From assembly GCA_016748015.1 (NCBI GenBank), contig JAAOMT010000083.1:31007-95006 (forward strand): 64,000 nt of DNA. Direction: 5' to 3'. Source of the stretch: Geosiphon pyriformis uo1 (lineage: Eukaryota; Fungi; Glomeromycota). Made by a program: the position numbers and the translations under genes. How positions within the stretch are numbered: the first letter of the stretch is position 1; each line of letters begins with the position of its first letter. The notes under the pieces are model-generated. The model did no database searches, had not been told where the DNA came from, and saw nothing but the letters and a program-made list of their open reading frames with translations. Shown here one piece after another: positions 51,368 through 64,000 of this stretch.

Positions 51368-53700
51368 AACAACTTAATTATTAGATTTAAGACAAAAATA
51401 AAAATATTTCTTTTAAAAATCAATTTAAAAATAATTTCTAATTGTTATTTTAAATAATTAAAACATATTTACTTAAGCCAATTTTTATAAATTATATAAT
51501 AATAAAAGAATTACTATAAGCATAATTAAAGTAAAAAGAACTGGTTAAATAATTAATGACTATAACCTATAGTTTTGGTTTTTTTGGAAAAAAAAAATAT
51601 ATAAAAAAGAAATTTTATTTTTTTTCTTAAAGATAACAAAACTAAAAAGTCTAAACTAAGCAAATTTATTAATATATATAAACTTTATAATAAACCAAAT
51701 AATGAATTTTAATTTAATATTAATATTTATATATATAGTAAATCCAAACCAGAAGTAAATATTCTTACACCCAAAAACTTATTTGCAATCTAAAATTTAA
51801 CACTAGAATAAAGTTTAATATTAATAATAATTAAAATATTATTTTATAATTCTTTATATTACCTAATAATATTATTTTACTTAACAAAAAATTTATATTT
51901 CTAATATTATATATAGCTATTTTTTAAGTTAAATTATTTAATAAAGATAAAAAAAAAATACTACATTATTACCTAAACTAAAAAATTTCAGTTTATTCAT
52001 AATAAATTGAATTAAATTTTTTAAACCATTAAGCTGGCTTTTAGACTACCAATTTTGGATTTACTAAAAACATGTTTTAAGAAACATTAAAATTAATACA
52101 TAATACAAAAAAAATAGACAATAGCTTTTCAATAATTATGTTTAATACAAAACAGTATTAAAAATAAGTATTTTTACAATATAGTTTAAAAACAGCTAAA
52201 AAAACAATATATTTAATTTGCAAAAAATATTAACAATATAATTAGACAACAGTTCTAAAAAATGTTTAAAGATATTTAGTTTAAAAGCTAAAATTAAAAC
52301 AGTTAAAACTTCTTTGAATTACCAACCAATATATCTATCAAAAAATATTAGCAAATAACTCATTAAAAAAATGTTTTAAATTACTAATTACTACAAAAGC
52401 CAATATTGTATTACTAAATAAGATTAAATAAAATACAAAAGTCTGTTTTTTAGTATAAATAAGTACAAAATATTTTTTATTTAATTTTAAAAATAATTTT
52501 TTTTTAAACATTAACTAAATAACTTAGAACCATTATTATATATAGTTAAAATATAACCAAATTTTAATATATTTGATATACTTAAAAAAAATAAATTAGT
52601 TTAAACCAGATTAATATTTTTAAATATAAAAATTGAACAAATAATGATATTTTTAGTTACAAATAACTCAAAACACATAATAACACAATATATTTAAGCA
52701 TAAAAGACAGAATTATAAAAAATAGAGCATATTTTTCTATTATAAAACTGAATTAAACACCAAAAAATTATAGATAATTGTGTTTATTAATAAAGTATAT
52801 AAGAAAGCATAATAATAGTCTTTTAAATTTCAAATATATTTGTTAATTTAGTAAAATCAACTATTTAGTTGCAACCAGATCAATAACTTCAAAACTTTTA
52901 AACTTAATAAGAATTTTTTTGACTATTATTTTTCAATTTAATCTAATATTAATTTTTTTTAATTAACATTAACTAAAATTTTTTGTTCTACAGCTAACTG
53001 TTTTGCAACTTTAAAACTAAATTCAGATATAAATAATATTTTAATAACTTTTTGGAATTTTGAAAGAGTAAATGTTTTTTCAAAATTATTAATATTAAAA
53101 ATTTTTTTAATAAATCTGAGTTTTTTGTTAAAAGTTTTATTAAGTATAGCCAAGAAAGTAATATTTAGTATATATAATTTTTCTAATTCAAAATTTTTTC
53201 TTTACTTAATATAAATATTTAAATACAAAATAAAGTCAGTCAATAAAAATAAAAAAAAGTTTATATATTATTATTATTATTAAAGCTGTAATTGCATAAT
53301 CTAAGAGTAAAAATTATTATTTTTTAACATTAAATTGCTTTGTTTTAAAAATAATAATACAAAAATTCAAAAATTTATTACTTTTATTCTTAATATTATA
53401 ATTAATATTATGAATAGTCAATTTTTTTATTATATTTTCAAACTAACTAACATTATACAAAGATAACTTGAACTTTAAATTTTTATTTTATTACTTAAAT
53501 ACTTAATCTTGTCAATTAACACTTTAAGTTTTTATATCAAATTTTTATTTATTAAATTTAAAGCAAAACTTTTAAACAATTTTTTCTTAAATATATGTTA
53601 TTAATAATAATTATCAAAGTTATAATAAAAAAGTTTGTGTTTTGAAAAATATTGAAAATAAAACAATAAAAAAAAAATAGAAAAACAAAAAACTCCACTT
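51368..53700 (-). mobile_element. Older antisense LINE relic (ORF1 and start of ORF2), probably continuing at 43700-44603
   Basis: ORF 52959-53153 (IKKIFNINNFEKTFTLSKFQKVIKILFISEFS) matches ORF1. The reverse strand of 51740-51930 matches the APE N-terminus (KIA.YNIRNIN...IANKFLGVRIFTSGLD). Confidence 0.65.
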
Positions 53701-53874
53701 ATTAAATTGGCTTTTTAGAAATTTATAAATATAAAAAAAAAAAAAATTTTTTTTTTTCTTAATTAAATAATATTTTAAGTTATATAAATATGGTTTATTT
53801 TTAATTAATTATTGTTAACCTATATTAATAAATATTTAACTTTGTTAATTGAAAATTATAATTTGTTTGTTTTA

Positions 53875-56162
53875 TTTTTTTTTTATTAGAGTTTAATGAA
53901 CAAGACCCAATCACTATCTAATATAATATGATCATATAGAGTCTTAAATTAAATGTAGTTCACACATTTTCTATATGTAACCAGCTATTCGAGCCAGTTT
54001 AGGCTATACTATATTAATACATTAGAAAAAAACTTATTTAAAGAAGATATTCTTTGAACAATCTCAAATAATATAGCACTATTATTAACCAATTCAACCA
54101 ATCACTCAGCTGTTTTAAAGACATTAGCCTTTATAGCAGCAGATTCATGTTCCCAAAGAGACATCAAATTAGAAAACATATCATTATCAAAAGATGACAA
54201 ACTTATATGAAGGCCAAACATATTAATGTTCTTAAAACTACACTTAGTTTTCAGAGCAATCACTTCTTGCTCCAACTTACCAACAGCTTTGCTAAAGATA
54301 CTCATGTGAACCAAAATCTTATTAACTCTGAGACCAAAAGCAGAACTTGAAACCAAATTACCATTAACAAATTGTTTAAAAACTTTGACTATAAAGCCAA
54401 CAGACTTAACAATAAATTCAATTAAAACAAAAAGCTTGGCCAAATCAAATTCCAGAGATGCCAATCGGAAAAAAACTAAAAAATTTTCAATAGCAACAAA
54501 AGGAGCAAAAGCCACCAAAGAAAAAAACTCAAAAAGAACAGAGGGAACAGATGTCTTTACATAAGACAAAGAACTGACAAAATACAGTTTAAATATCTTG
54601 GGAGTCTTAGAAGGAGAAGGTAAAGCAACCTTACAGTCCATGACCAAGTGGCCTATTTCTTGATACTGAAAACAATACTGACAACTAGGAGTTTCTCACC
54701 AGATATGGCACTTTCTTAGTGTATCAGTTTTAATAACCACAAAGTCTAAATCAGCTTGAGAGCCAAATATAATCAAAGCAAAGCGAAAACAATGACCAAA
54801 ATTAGGAGACCAAGGAATAAAACAAGTCTAACCACTAACTTAAGAAATCATATCACTGATTTCAAAGACAGTGCAGCCAGGAGAAAGATTAACCAACTTG
54901 GTCTTAAATCTATCACAAGACACAATTGTTTCTTGTTGATTCACAAAGGAAAGAATCTGAACACTATTCTTGCCTACCAAAACTGACCAGTGATTGACAG
55001 CAGATGTGACAACAACCAAATTCTCAAAATAGATCACAATATACTGCCAAATACCAGCAGGCTTTAACACAACACGAGTAATTACACCAAAAACACTGAA
55101 AGCTGTCTTAATATTAGTAGCAGACATATCCAAAGGCACATTATGTAGTGCAACAGTAGCAAAAGGAGAGCCAGACTCAGAAACTACCAAGGATTTGGCA
55201 ATTTTGAGAGTGATTAAATGTACAGAGCTCATAAATTCAACCAAAAATGCAGCTTCCAAAGACACTTGAGAAACAAACTTTATACAAAACAGCTTTATAT
55301 TGTTTTTTAATACTGACTTTGCACCCAATAAACTATGTACTGACTAAAAAACAGTCTTAACACAAACCAATTTAATCTTAAAAGTAGCACTAGGCATCAA
55401 AATAGAGGCCATCTACCCAGCAAATCTTTGACAACTAGTAATAGTTTCCCAAGCACTATCAAAAGTAGCACCAGAAACTAGAGGAAGAGATAATTTGGTT
55501 TCTATTTGATCAGTTCAGTTCTTAAGAACAGATAATCTAACAGAAGGAAATTGTTTTGCTTTTAAAACTAGCAATAATTTATTGGAAGACATCACATTTG
55601 ACAATACAGCCAGAGGTTGATCTAAGCCTATCTTAAACAATATGCTGAATAATATTATAGAGATCTTATAGGGGACTACAAAGAAGTTTGGTGTAACAAT
55701 AGCAAAGGCAAAGCAACTGCTCCCAATTTTCTGAACTTTTGGTTTTTTCGACCATTTTTTTTGAAAAGGTGGTGCTAACAACACCAGGAGTTAAATTTAT
55801 GAAGGGAAAAACCAGCTTATTTACTGGTCTATTATTAAAAACTTTTGGGCTTTTAATCAGGGTCGAGGCAACACTGGAACTAACCCAAGTGTGTTTCTTT
55901 GAGAGAACTTTGACTGGTGAGAAACCAGCCAAAAATAAAGAAATTGCTTTAGTAGCTGCCAAAAGCAGCTTATTATGATTACTGGGTAAAAAAAAGACTT
56001 CTAAAATGTTTTGTCTAGTTGCTTCCACAACAGAGAGAGCTCCTCTGATTGAAATTTTATTAGATATATCTCAGGACAGATATCAGGTGCAGCTTTTTTA
56101 CTCTTTGCTCTGGTTATGGTTATAAAACTAAGGAAACAAAGAATTATAGTGTTTAAGTAATA
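53875..56162 (-). mobile_element. ORF1-only non-autonomous non-LTR retroposon (HAL1-like), copy B
   Basis: A single disrupted ORF 56117-54009 with knuckle CFQYQEIGHLVMDC, the LINE-type 3' tail 54008-53885 and poly(A) (T-run 53875-53884). 15-bp TSD AATT(T/G)GTTTGTTTTA at 53860-53874 and 56163-56177. Confidence 0.85.
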
Positions 56163-56537
56163 AATTGGTTTGTTTTAAATTATTAAAAAAGTTTACATTA
56201 TTTTTCAATAATTATAAATAAATTGTTAAATAAAATAAATATATAATAAATTTAGTATTTCTTAAAAATTAAATTAAAACTAAAAAACAAAAAATAATAA
56301 TGCCTAAATAATTTTAATAAAAAATTCCAAAAAATATCTTTATTTATTTATTTTTGAATTTAATTTATATTAATACAACAAAAATTTATATAAATATTTT
56401 TAATAAAATTAAATAATCTAAACATTAAATCTTTTTTTTGTTAATTTTCTGGTGTTACAAGTGCTTATTTAGGTGGTTAGAATAAATAACAAACCCATAA
56501 TTTGGTGTTTAATAGTTTGTATAATTGATAATATATA

Positions 56538-56630
56538 AAGGTTTTAATATTTAAAGGTTTTAATATCTAAAGATTTTGGTATTTGAAGATTTTGGTATCT
56601 AAAAATTTTGGTATCTGAAAGTTTTGGTAA
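56538..56630. repeat. About 6 copies of a 15-bp minisatellite (AAAGRTTTTRRTATYT-like)
   Basis: aaggttttaatattt aaaggttttaatatct aaagattttggtattt gaagattttggtatct... Confidence 0.65.
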
Positions 56631-58299
56631 AGTTCTTTGTATAATGAACAGAGATTTAATGATTGTATTAGTAGTTTTCCAAAATAGTAATTTTGCCAAA
56701 ATTTTTTTTCAACATGATGACTAGTTTATTCTGGTAGTCATGTCCTTTTGGTAAGTTATTTTTAAATTCTTAAACTTTATACTCTTATTTCTGGGTTTTT
56801 TATCAGACTATTCTTGATGTCAATTATTCAGTAATTAATCTCTTTAATTAGTTAGTAAATTAACAAACAACAAAAAAAAAGGAAAAAAAAGAATATAAAA
56901 GAAGTAAAAGAAAATAAAAAATAATATCCTATTAATAACTGTGATTAAAAGCTATTGGTCTAATGTAGTTAAGTATTGGATTTTATCAACATGAAGTATT
57001 GATAAAGTAGAAGTAATGAAGATTTTTTTAATCAAATGAAAATAACATAGAGTAAATAATAATAAGTATGTTTATTAAATATTTGGAGAATTCACTTTGA
57101 TTAATAGCAATTATCCATAAAGTGAGGATTATTTTATATATAAAAGATAAAATATTAAATTGGAACAGAATTTTTTATTTTTTTTGCTTTTAATGCTACT
57201 GCTATATATACATAGTTGGTATTATATGAGATGTTTGGAATCTTTATGATTCTTTTAGAGAAATCTTAAAATTCTGAGATTCTGGAATTTTGCAATTTTT
57301 TGTGAAAAATTCTGGAATTCTGCAATTTTGGAATTCTGCAATTTCTTCAAAAAAATTCTGGAATTTCTTACCTACTTCTGATTGGCTATTTTTCTAACTA
57401 TAATATTTTTAATTTCTATAAATAATATTATTTTTTTCTTTTTAATATTGAGTTTCATTAAAATTTTTTAAACTTTCTAAATTTTTTTTTTGAATTAACT
57501 CTATAACTTTTTTTTTCAGAATTGTTTTTGTAATTTTTGTTTGCAATTCTTCAAATTAAACATTGGTTAATTTTTTTAATTGATTGATAATTACAGTATT
57601 TATTATTAAGTGTAATAATATTTCTTATCTATCTTGAAATTTTATTTTTAATCAGTAAATAACTCTTGCATATGTGAATAAATTGTTTTTTTTGACAAGT
57701 TGTTTAATTTATTATAGTTAAATTAAATTAATTTTTCTTTTTGTTTTGTTTGTATACAAGTTTTTAATACTTAACTGTTGTTCTAACTGATAGTAACAAA
57801 AGTTTTTTGGCTTTTGTTGTATCTATTGGTTTCAATTTTTAAGATCAATTTTTCTTCTAGTATTAGAATTCTGGAATCTTTTAATGTCTTTTTTATTTTT
57901 CTTATGATTTTATCTACTGTATTTTCAGAAGTGTAATATCTAGAATATTGTTCTTTGGTTTGGTTTTTTTGTGGTGTTTTTTTGTTTTTGTACTGTATTA
58001 TGTATTTATTAATAATAATTTTCAAGCTTAATTTCTGTTATTAAATCAGTTGTAATAGTTGTTGTGTGAATAAGTAAATGTTATTAGTGATTTTTATTTT
58101 TTCTTGTTGTTTTTATTGCATGTATTAGTTTTTTATATACTGTTCTGATAAATCACTTTAATGTATTTGTTTCAATAATAATAATTGGTTTTAGATCTTG
58201 TAAAATCTTATCTGGTTTGACTGGTATTTTTTGTACTCCCAGTTTTAAAATATTATTGGTAGATAATAATAATATTTTGTGATATAGTTTCAGTCGATC

Positions 58300-59320
58300 T
58301 TTATGTACTGTTTTAATTAAAATTTTGTTGTTTCATCTTAGTTTATAAGCTCTATTTCCTAGAATTTTTTCAATGTAAAATGGTTTGTCCTATTTAAGAT
58401 CAAATTTTCTACTCTATTGTTTTTTTACTTTGATACAATATAAAAGTATTTTATCTTCAATTCTGAATTCAACTGGTTTATCTGGTAATTAATTATCATG
58501 TTATTTTTTTTGTTTTTCTTGTGATCTTTGAATGTTATCAGCTGCTTTTTGTCTTTTGTTTTCCAATATTTTTATTAATTTGTACATTCTTCTTAGCAAT
58601 ATTCTTTAGAAGTTGGCTTTTGTTATTGGTTTTATTAGATATATGTTAATGTTTATCTTAATTGATAATATTGCTGTTCTACTATAAACAAATTCAAATA
58701 GTGTTGCTTGTGTAATATTCTGCTTAATTGTTTGATAAGCAAATAATACTGATAGTATAAACAAATCTCACTTATCTTGGTTTTTTTAGCTGATTTTTGC
58801 TATTATTTTACACAATGTTCTATTGAACTTTTTAAACTAAGCTATTTGTTTGTGGATAATATAGTAATGATAATGGTTTTTTGATTCCAAATTTTTGACT
58901 TAATTCTGTTAATGTACTGTTTACAAAGTGAGTTCCTTGATTAAATAATAATTTTTTTATATATTTATATTGACAAATCAATTTTTGGTAAATAAATTTG
59001 GCTATAGATTCTATATTTGCTCTTTGTATTGCTTTCACTTTTGGCCATTTTGTAAGATAATCTATGACTACTGCTATATAATAATTGTCTTTGTTAATTA
59101 TTTTTAATAGTCTAACTAAGTCAATTTCAATTTGATTAAATGATTTTTTCACTTTAATTAATCTTAGCAGTTTACTGAGTTTTGTTTCTCTTTTTTTTTA
59201 ATAAACATCACAATTTTAAATATATTAAATAATATTTGAATACAGTAATAGCCAATAGTATTTTTTTTTGATTCTTTTTATGATTGTTTTTTATGAAAAT
59301 ATCCTATTGTTGGATCTAAA
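58300..59320 (-). pseudogene. Gypsy integrase relic
   Basis: ORF 58832-59152 carries the rve core motifs; the flanking sequence is disrupted. Confidence 0.85.
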
Positions 59321-61399
59321 TATATGTTAAATAGTATTGTTTTTTTTTCTGGTTCTGTAATGACTCTAAGTGACTGATCTGGATATTTTTTGTTTTTTTA
59401 ATATAATATATTTTGGTAAATTATAAAATATTTTGCTTGTTATTTTATGTAGTTTTGTTTCTTTTAAGATAATTTTTCCTTGAACTGTTAAGTATTAATA
59501 TAATATTAAAATTGTTAATATTTTTGTGTATTTATCTTTTGTAATATTTTTGGGTTGAAATGTTTTTAGATTTGTTTTATTCGCAATAAACTATATAATT
59601 AAATAATAATAGTTTTATTTTTTATCTTGTATGACAATTGTGTGTAAATTTTTGTTTCTAAATTGATGTCAATTCTTTGTAATTAGTGTATATATCAAAC
59701 TTTTGATTTAAATATTTTTTCTATTTGATAATAGTTCAATAAATAACCAAATATTTTAATATTAGAGTTTCATAGTTCTTTTCAACAGGATTTAAGCTTT
59801 AATTGATATATATTACTAGGTGTTCTCTTTTATCTGGTTTTTTTTAAAACAGTATAGCTCCCAATACTTGATCTAATGCATTGGTGGTAATGATGAATAA
59901 CTTGCTGTAATTTAAATAGATTAGTATTAAAACTTAAATGAGTTTGCTTTTTAAAATATCAAAAGCTTCTTGTTGAGTTTCTATTTATTTATATTTCATA
60001 TTTTTAGCTTGAAACTGATGAAATAATTGAGCCAGTTTGAAAAAGTTTTAGATAAAATAGCAATAGTTTTCAGTAAATCTCAAGAATGTTCTTAGTTTTA
60101 TAAGATTTGTTGGTATTGGAAAGATTTTGATAATTTTAATCTTGTTTGGATCCATTTTAATGCCATCTTTGCTTACAACATATCCTAAAAACTTCAGTTC
60201 TGTTTTATTAAAGAAACATTTAATTGTATTTAATTTTAATTCAGTTTTTCTTAATCTTTTAAATACTTGTTAGAAATAATAAAGATGGTTATTAAATGTT
60301 TTAGAAAATACATTGGTGTTATCCAAGTAAACTACTACTGATTTCTATAGTAGTTTAGTGTAAACAATTTCTATAAGCCATTAAAAAATAGCTGGCACAT
60401 TCATTAAATTAAATAACATAACATCAAATTCAAATTTTTTTTTTCATGTGATGAATGCTGTTTTTTTTTTGTCTACTAAATTTATGATTACTTGTTAGTA
60501 ATTATTATTCAAATTTAAAGTAGAAAACTATTTCTTTTTTTCAAATATATCAAATAATTCTTGAATTCATGGAGTTAGATAACTGTCTCTACAAATAATA
60601 TTGTTAAGTTTTCTGTAATCTATACAAAAACAGATTTTTCTATTATTTTTATAAACAAGTATCACTGATAATGACCATAGACTTATTAATGATTGAATTA
60701 ATTTGTTGTCCAATATTTTGTTAATTTTTTGTTAAATAATCTTATGACTGATTAATGGTACTCTATATATTTATTGTTTGATTGGCATAGTATTTCCAGT
60801 TTTAATTTAATGTTGAATTATATCAGTTCTGCCAAATTTGTTTTCACTGGCAAAAATGTCAGTAAAATTATTAAGTAATATTTTGAGCTATATATATTAA
60901 AATAGATCTAAGTTTCCTAAGTTTATTTGGTTCAATTGTTCTGATTAAAGCAAATAACATTTTTTTTATTTGTATATGGTCTGTAATGTAATATTCACAT
61001 ATTTACAAAGTTGTAGAAAATTTGGAATGGTGTTTGATAATTGATCCTTAACTTCAGTACTTAAATATCTAATGGTAGTTCTATTTAATATTTTAATAGT
61101 GTTTTCAGTTGTATTGTAAATAAAAATTTTTATATGTTTACAGTTCTTAGCCAATATGTAAAGATTGGTGATTTCAATCTCTTTTAATTTACAAATAGTT
61201 AATTCTACTTTAAAAATCTGGGACTGATTTCTTATTTTTCTTTTTATTATTAATATATATTAGTTATATAGAGAAATGAAACTGATTGATTGGTAGAAAT
61301 AATTTCTTCTTTCTCAATTAATTTTTTTTCTGCTATATTAACCAATATATTTATTTTACTTGTTGATCTAAATTTAATTTTCCTTCTGGCTGTAATCTT

Positions 61400-61750
61400 T
61401 AATTTTTTTTTTGTTTCCACTAATATTAATTGAGCTATTTTAACCAAAGATAGAAATATTTTTTATGCTATTTTTTTGTTTGGTTCAATAATATTTTTTT
61501 TTCTGAGTTATTTTGTAGTATTGCAATAATATTTTCTATATATCCTGTATTAATTATTTTTTTTCTGATGTTAATCTCATTTTTTACTAAATTAGATTTA
61601 GATACTAATTGAACTATTGTTGTTGAAATTTTCAGTGATATTTTCAGATTAATACTGATGCACAAATATGATTCCAATTTAATGGCTGTTTTTTCAAAAT
61701 ATTTAAGATTAAATTTTGCATTGATATTATGTGTACATTTTGGCATAATA
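61400..61750 (-). pseudogene. dUTPase domain within gypsy pol
   Basis: AKFNL (decayed AGFDL), VSKSNL (RSS/L motif), IINTGYIENI (IDxGYxG) and IAQLI are the decayed forms of trimeric dUTPase motifs 1-4, in order. Confidence 0.75.
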
Positions 61751-63369
61751 CTTTTTTCATTATCATTGAATTATTTTAGTTCCTGTTTTATTAACAGATC
61801 TGGAAACACAATATATTGTTCGAAATTATTATCAAAGTCTGAATCAAAATTGAATTTTGATTTCAATTCAACTATGTACTTGCTAATTGGTTCTTTTTTT
61901 TTGGAGATCAAATAGATCATGTATAATAGTGAATTGTAAATAATGTCACAATTATTACAATACTTAAAGTTACTGAAAATTAAGCAGTATTTACAGAGTT
62001 TTGTATTTAACTGTTCTAAATATTGCTTTTGCTTTTCTTTAGTTAGTATTAGGTTCTAATAATGATTGTGGAATTGTTTTGGATCATCTTTAACATTATC
62101 AAAAATGTCAAAAATTATGATGTATTCAGGTTCAGAAAGAGATAATGAATTGTTTTTGATTTCTAGTATTTTACTAGATATAGCATTTTTAACTTTAGCA
62201 TTTGTCATTTTCCAGATTATGTGAATAGTTTTCCAAATGTTTTAATGCTCATTTTCAGACATTATTAATTGGAGTTCTTTTTTATACCCTATTATTAATT
62301 AAAATCATATATTAACACATTTTATCATATGTTTTTCTTTACCCAGAAATGTTGTTCCATATTTTTTGTTAAGAAAAATTGCTCTACATGTGAAACAAGA
62401 TTTATTGTTCAATTTTTCTTGTTGTTTGAGTTGGCCAAAGTATTTAAAAACACATGGATGACAGTATTATTTTGTGATCATCAGATATTCTTTATTATTA
62501 CTATAACATGCATCTATTGTTAACAATTTCTTGCTGTAATTAATATAAATTAGTTTGAGTTAATGATAATTTGGTTGGCTTTGAGTGATAGCAGTATATG
62601 GGATATAGGTAAAAATAGTAGCTGGAATAAGTTTTTTTTTTCTTTCTAGCTAAGTATTGATAATAATTTATTGTGTTTTTTTTTGGTCTATAAAACTTAG
62701 TAGGCTTCCCAGATAGGTTTGTTTTTTTTTCCTCAAATTTGATTAGTAATATTTTGTTGTTTGGTTTGAAGTGGTCACATGTGATTAGTATTTAAACATA
62801 GTAATTATTTTGGCTGAGTTATAGCTTTTGTGTGATCCAATCAAGTATTGCATTTGTTTTAAACAGTTAATCATTATTAATAAAAGCTTAATATTATATA
62901 ACTTTTATAATAAGAATTTTGATAAGCATAGTGATACTATTAACTTTGAATAAAAAGTCATCAATTTTGTCAATTGAAGTCTTTGTTGCTCTATTAGCAG
63001 TGATTATTTTTGCACTACCAGCTTGATCAATTTAGTAAACTAATTAGTTTATGAGTTGTTATATAATAATATTATTTACTGATTTGCTATTAAGGTTAAA
63101 CTTAATAGGTTGACTATTAACTTTTGCATTAGTATACATTATTGTGATTGGTTTTACTTTTAGAGTAGTTTTATTAAATAAAAATGTTTTAATTAATTCT
63201 TTAAGTTCAAAAAGAAAGATAGTAGTAAGTAATTCATCTTTAGTAATTGTTGTTAATAAAATATTATTGCTGAATAGTTAAGTTTAATTAGATTTCAATA
63301 GATTGAATGTGATGATTTTTGAGAATACCAAAAGGCTCAAATAGTATTGGACATAATTAGAGTTAGAAA

Positions 63370-64000
63370 TATAAATAAGGATAGGAATAAGAATAAGAAT
63401 AAGGATAAGAATAAAAATAAAAATAAGGATAAAAATATGAATAATGATAGAGATAAAAATAAGAATAAGAATAAGAATAGAGATAGAGATGAGAATAGGA
63501 ATAAAGATAAGAATAGAGATAAGAATAAAGATAAAGATAGGAATAAGAATAGAGATAAAGATAGTAATAAGAATAGAGATAAGGATAGGGATAGGGATAT
63601 TTATAGAGATAGGGATATTTATAAGGATAGGGATAGAAATATTTATAGGGATATTTATAGGGATAGGAATAGAATTAGGGATAGGGATAGGAATGGGGAT
63701 ATTTATAGGAATAGGAATAGGGATAGAAATAGGAATAGGGATAGGGATAGGGATATTTATAGGGATATTTATAGGGATAGGGATATTTATAGAGATATTT
63801 ATAGGGATAAGGTTAGGGATAGGGATAGGGATAGGGATAGGGATAGGGATAGGGATAGGGATAGGGATAGGGATAGGGATAGGGATAGGGATAGGGATAG
63901 GGATAGGGATAGGGATAGGGATAGGGATAGGGATAGGGATAGGGATAGGGATAGGGATAGGGATAGGGATAGGGATAGGGATAGGGATAGGGATATGTAT
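63370..64000 (+). repeat. (ATAGGG)n telomere-like array, degenerate proximally and perfect distally
   Basis: 29 perfect ATAGGG units at 63819-63992, one TTAGGG at 63813-63818, interspersed GGGATATTTATA variants, and G>A-eroded units (AATAAG, ATAAAG, ATAGAG) toward 63370. Confidence 0.95.

Larger units (their letters stand above)
56400..63369 (-). mobile_element. Decayed Ty3/gypsy LTR retrotransposon internal region (PR-dUTPase-RT-RNaseH-IN); LTRs not identified
   Basis: Domain order on the minus strand: protease (~63150-62800), dUTPase (~61750-61400), RT (RFCIDYRKLN, VVVYLDN at ~60320), RNase H, and integrase (IDYLTKWP, QGTHFVN, YYPQTNSLV) with a GPY/F-like segment near 58380. Integrase lying after RT/RH is the gypsy order. 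The left boundary is approximate. Confidence 0.85.

Overview
Very AT-rich eukaryotic (fungal) genomic DNA. The gene content (Sel1-like-repeat/TKL kinase, BTB-BACK-TLDc, short GT-AG introns) is typical of Glomeromycotina (arbuscular mycorrhizal fungi and Geosiphon); this assignment is an inference. Only two host genes are recognisable. One is an intact 3-exon gene (3078-8339, +, ~1703 aa) with about 31 highly similar 36-aa Sel1-like repeats, a 4xCxxC module and a non-RD kinase. The other is a BTB-BACK-TLDc gene (20119-18630, -) with a frameshift near its 3' end. The rest is transposon-derived and heavily altered by C>T/G>A transitions: a CACTA/EnSpm relic, two full-length ~6.8-kb LINEs (ORF1 plus APE-RT-RNaseH ORF2), several older LINE relics, a Ty3/gypsy pol carrying a dUTPase, and a terminal (ATAGGG)n array. 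The most notable observation is two copies of a ~2.3-kb non-autonomous retroposon. It encodes only a divergent LINE ORF1-type protein and ends in the same ~125-nt 3' tail as the autonomous LINEs; one copy has a poly(A) tail and a 15-bp TSD. This is a HAL1-like parasite/helper pair. The recombination-shuffled SLR array fused to a non-RD kinase is the second major candidate (a possible diversifying receptor). All alignments were made by eye.
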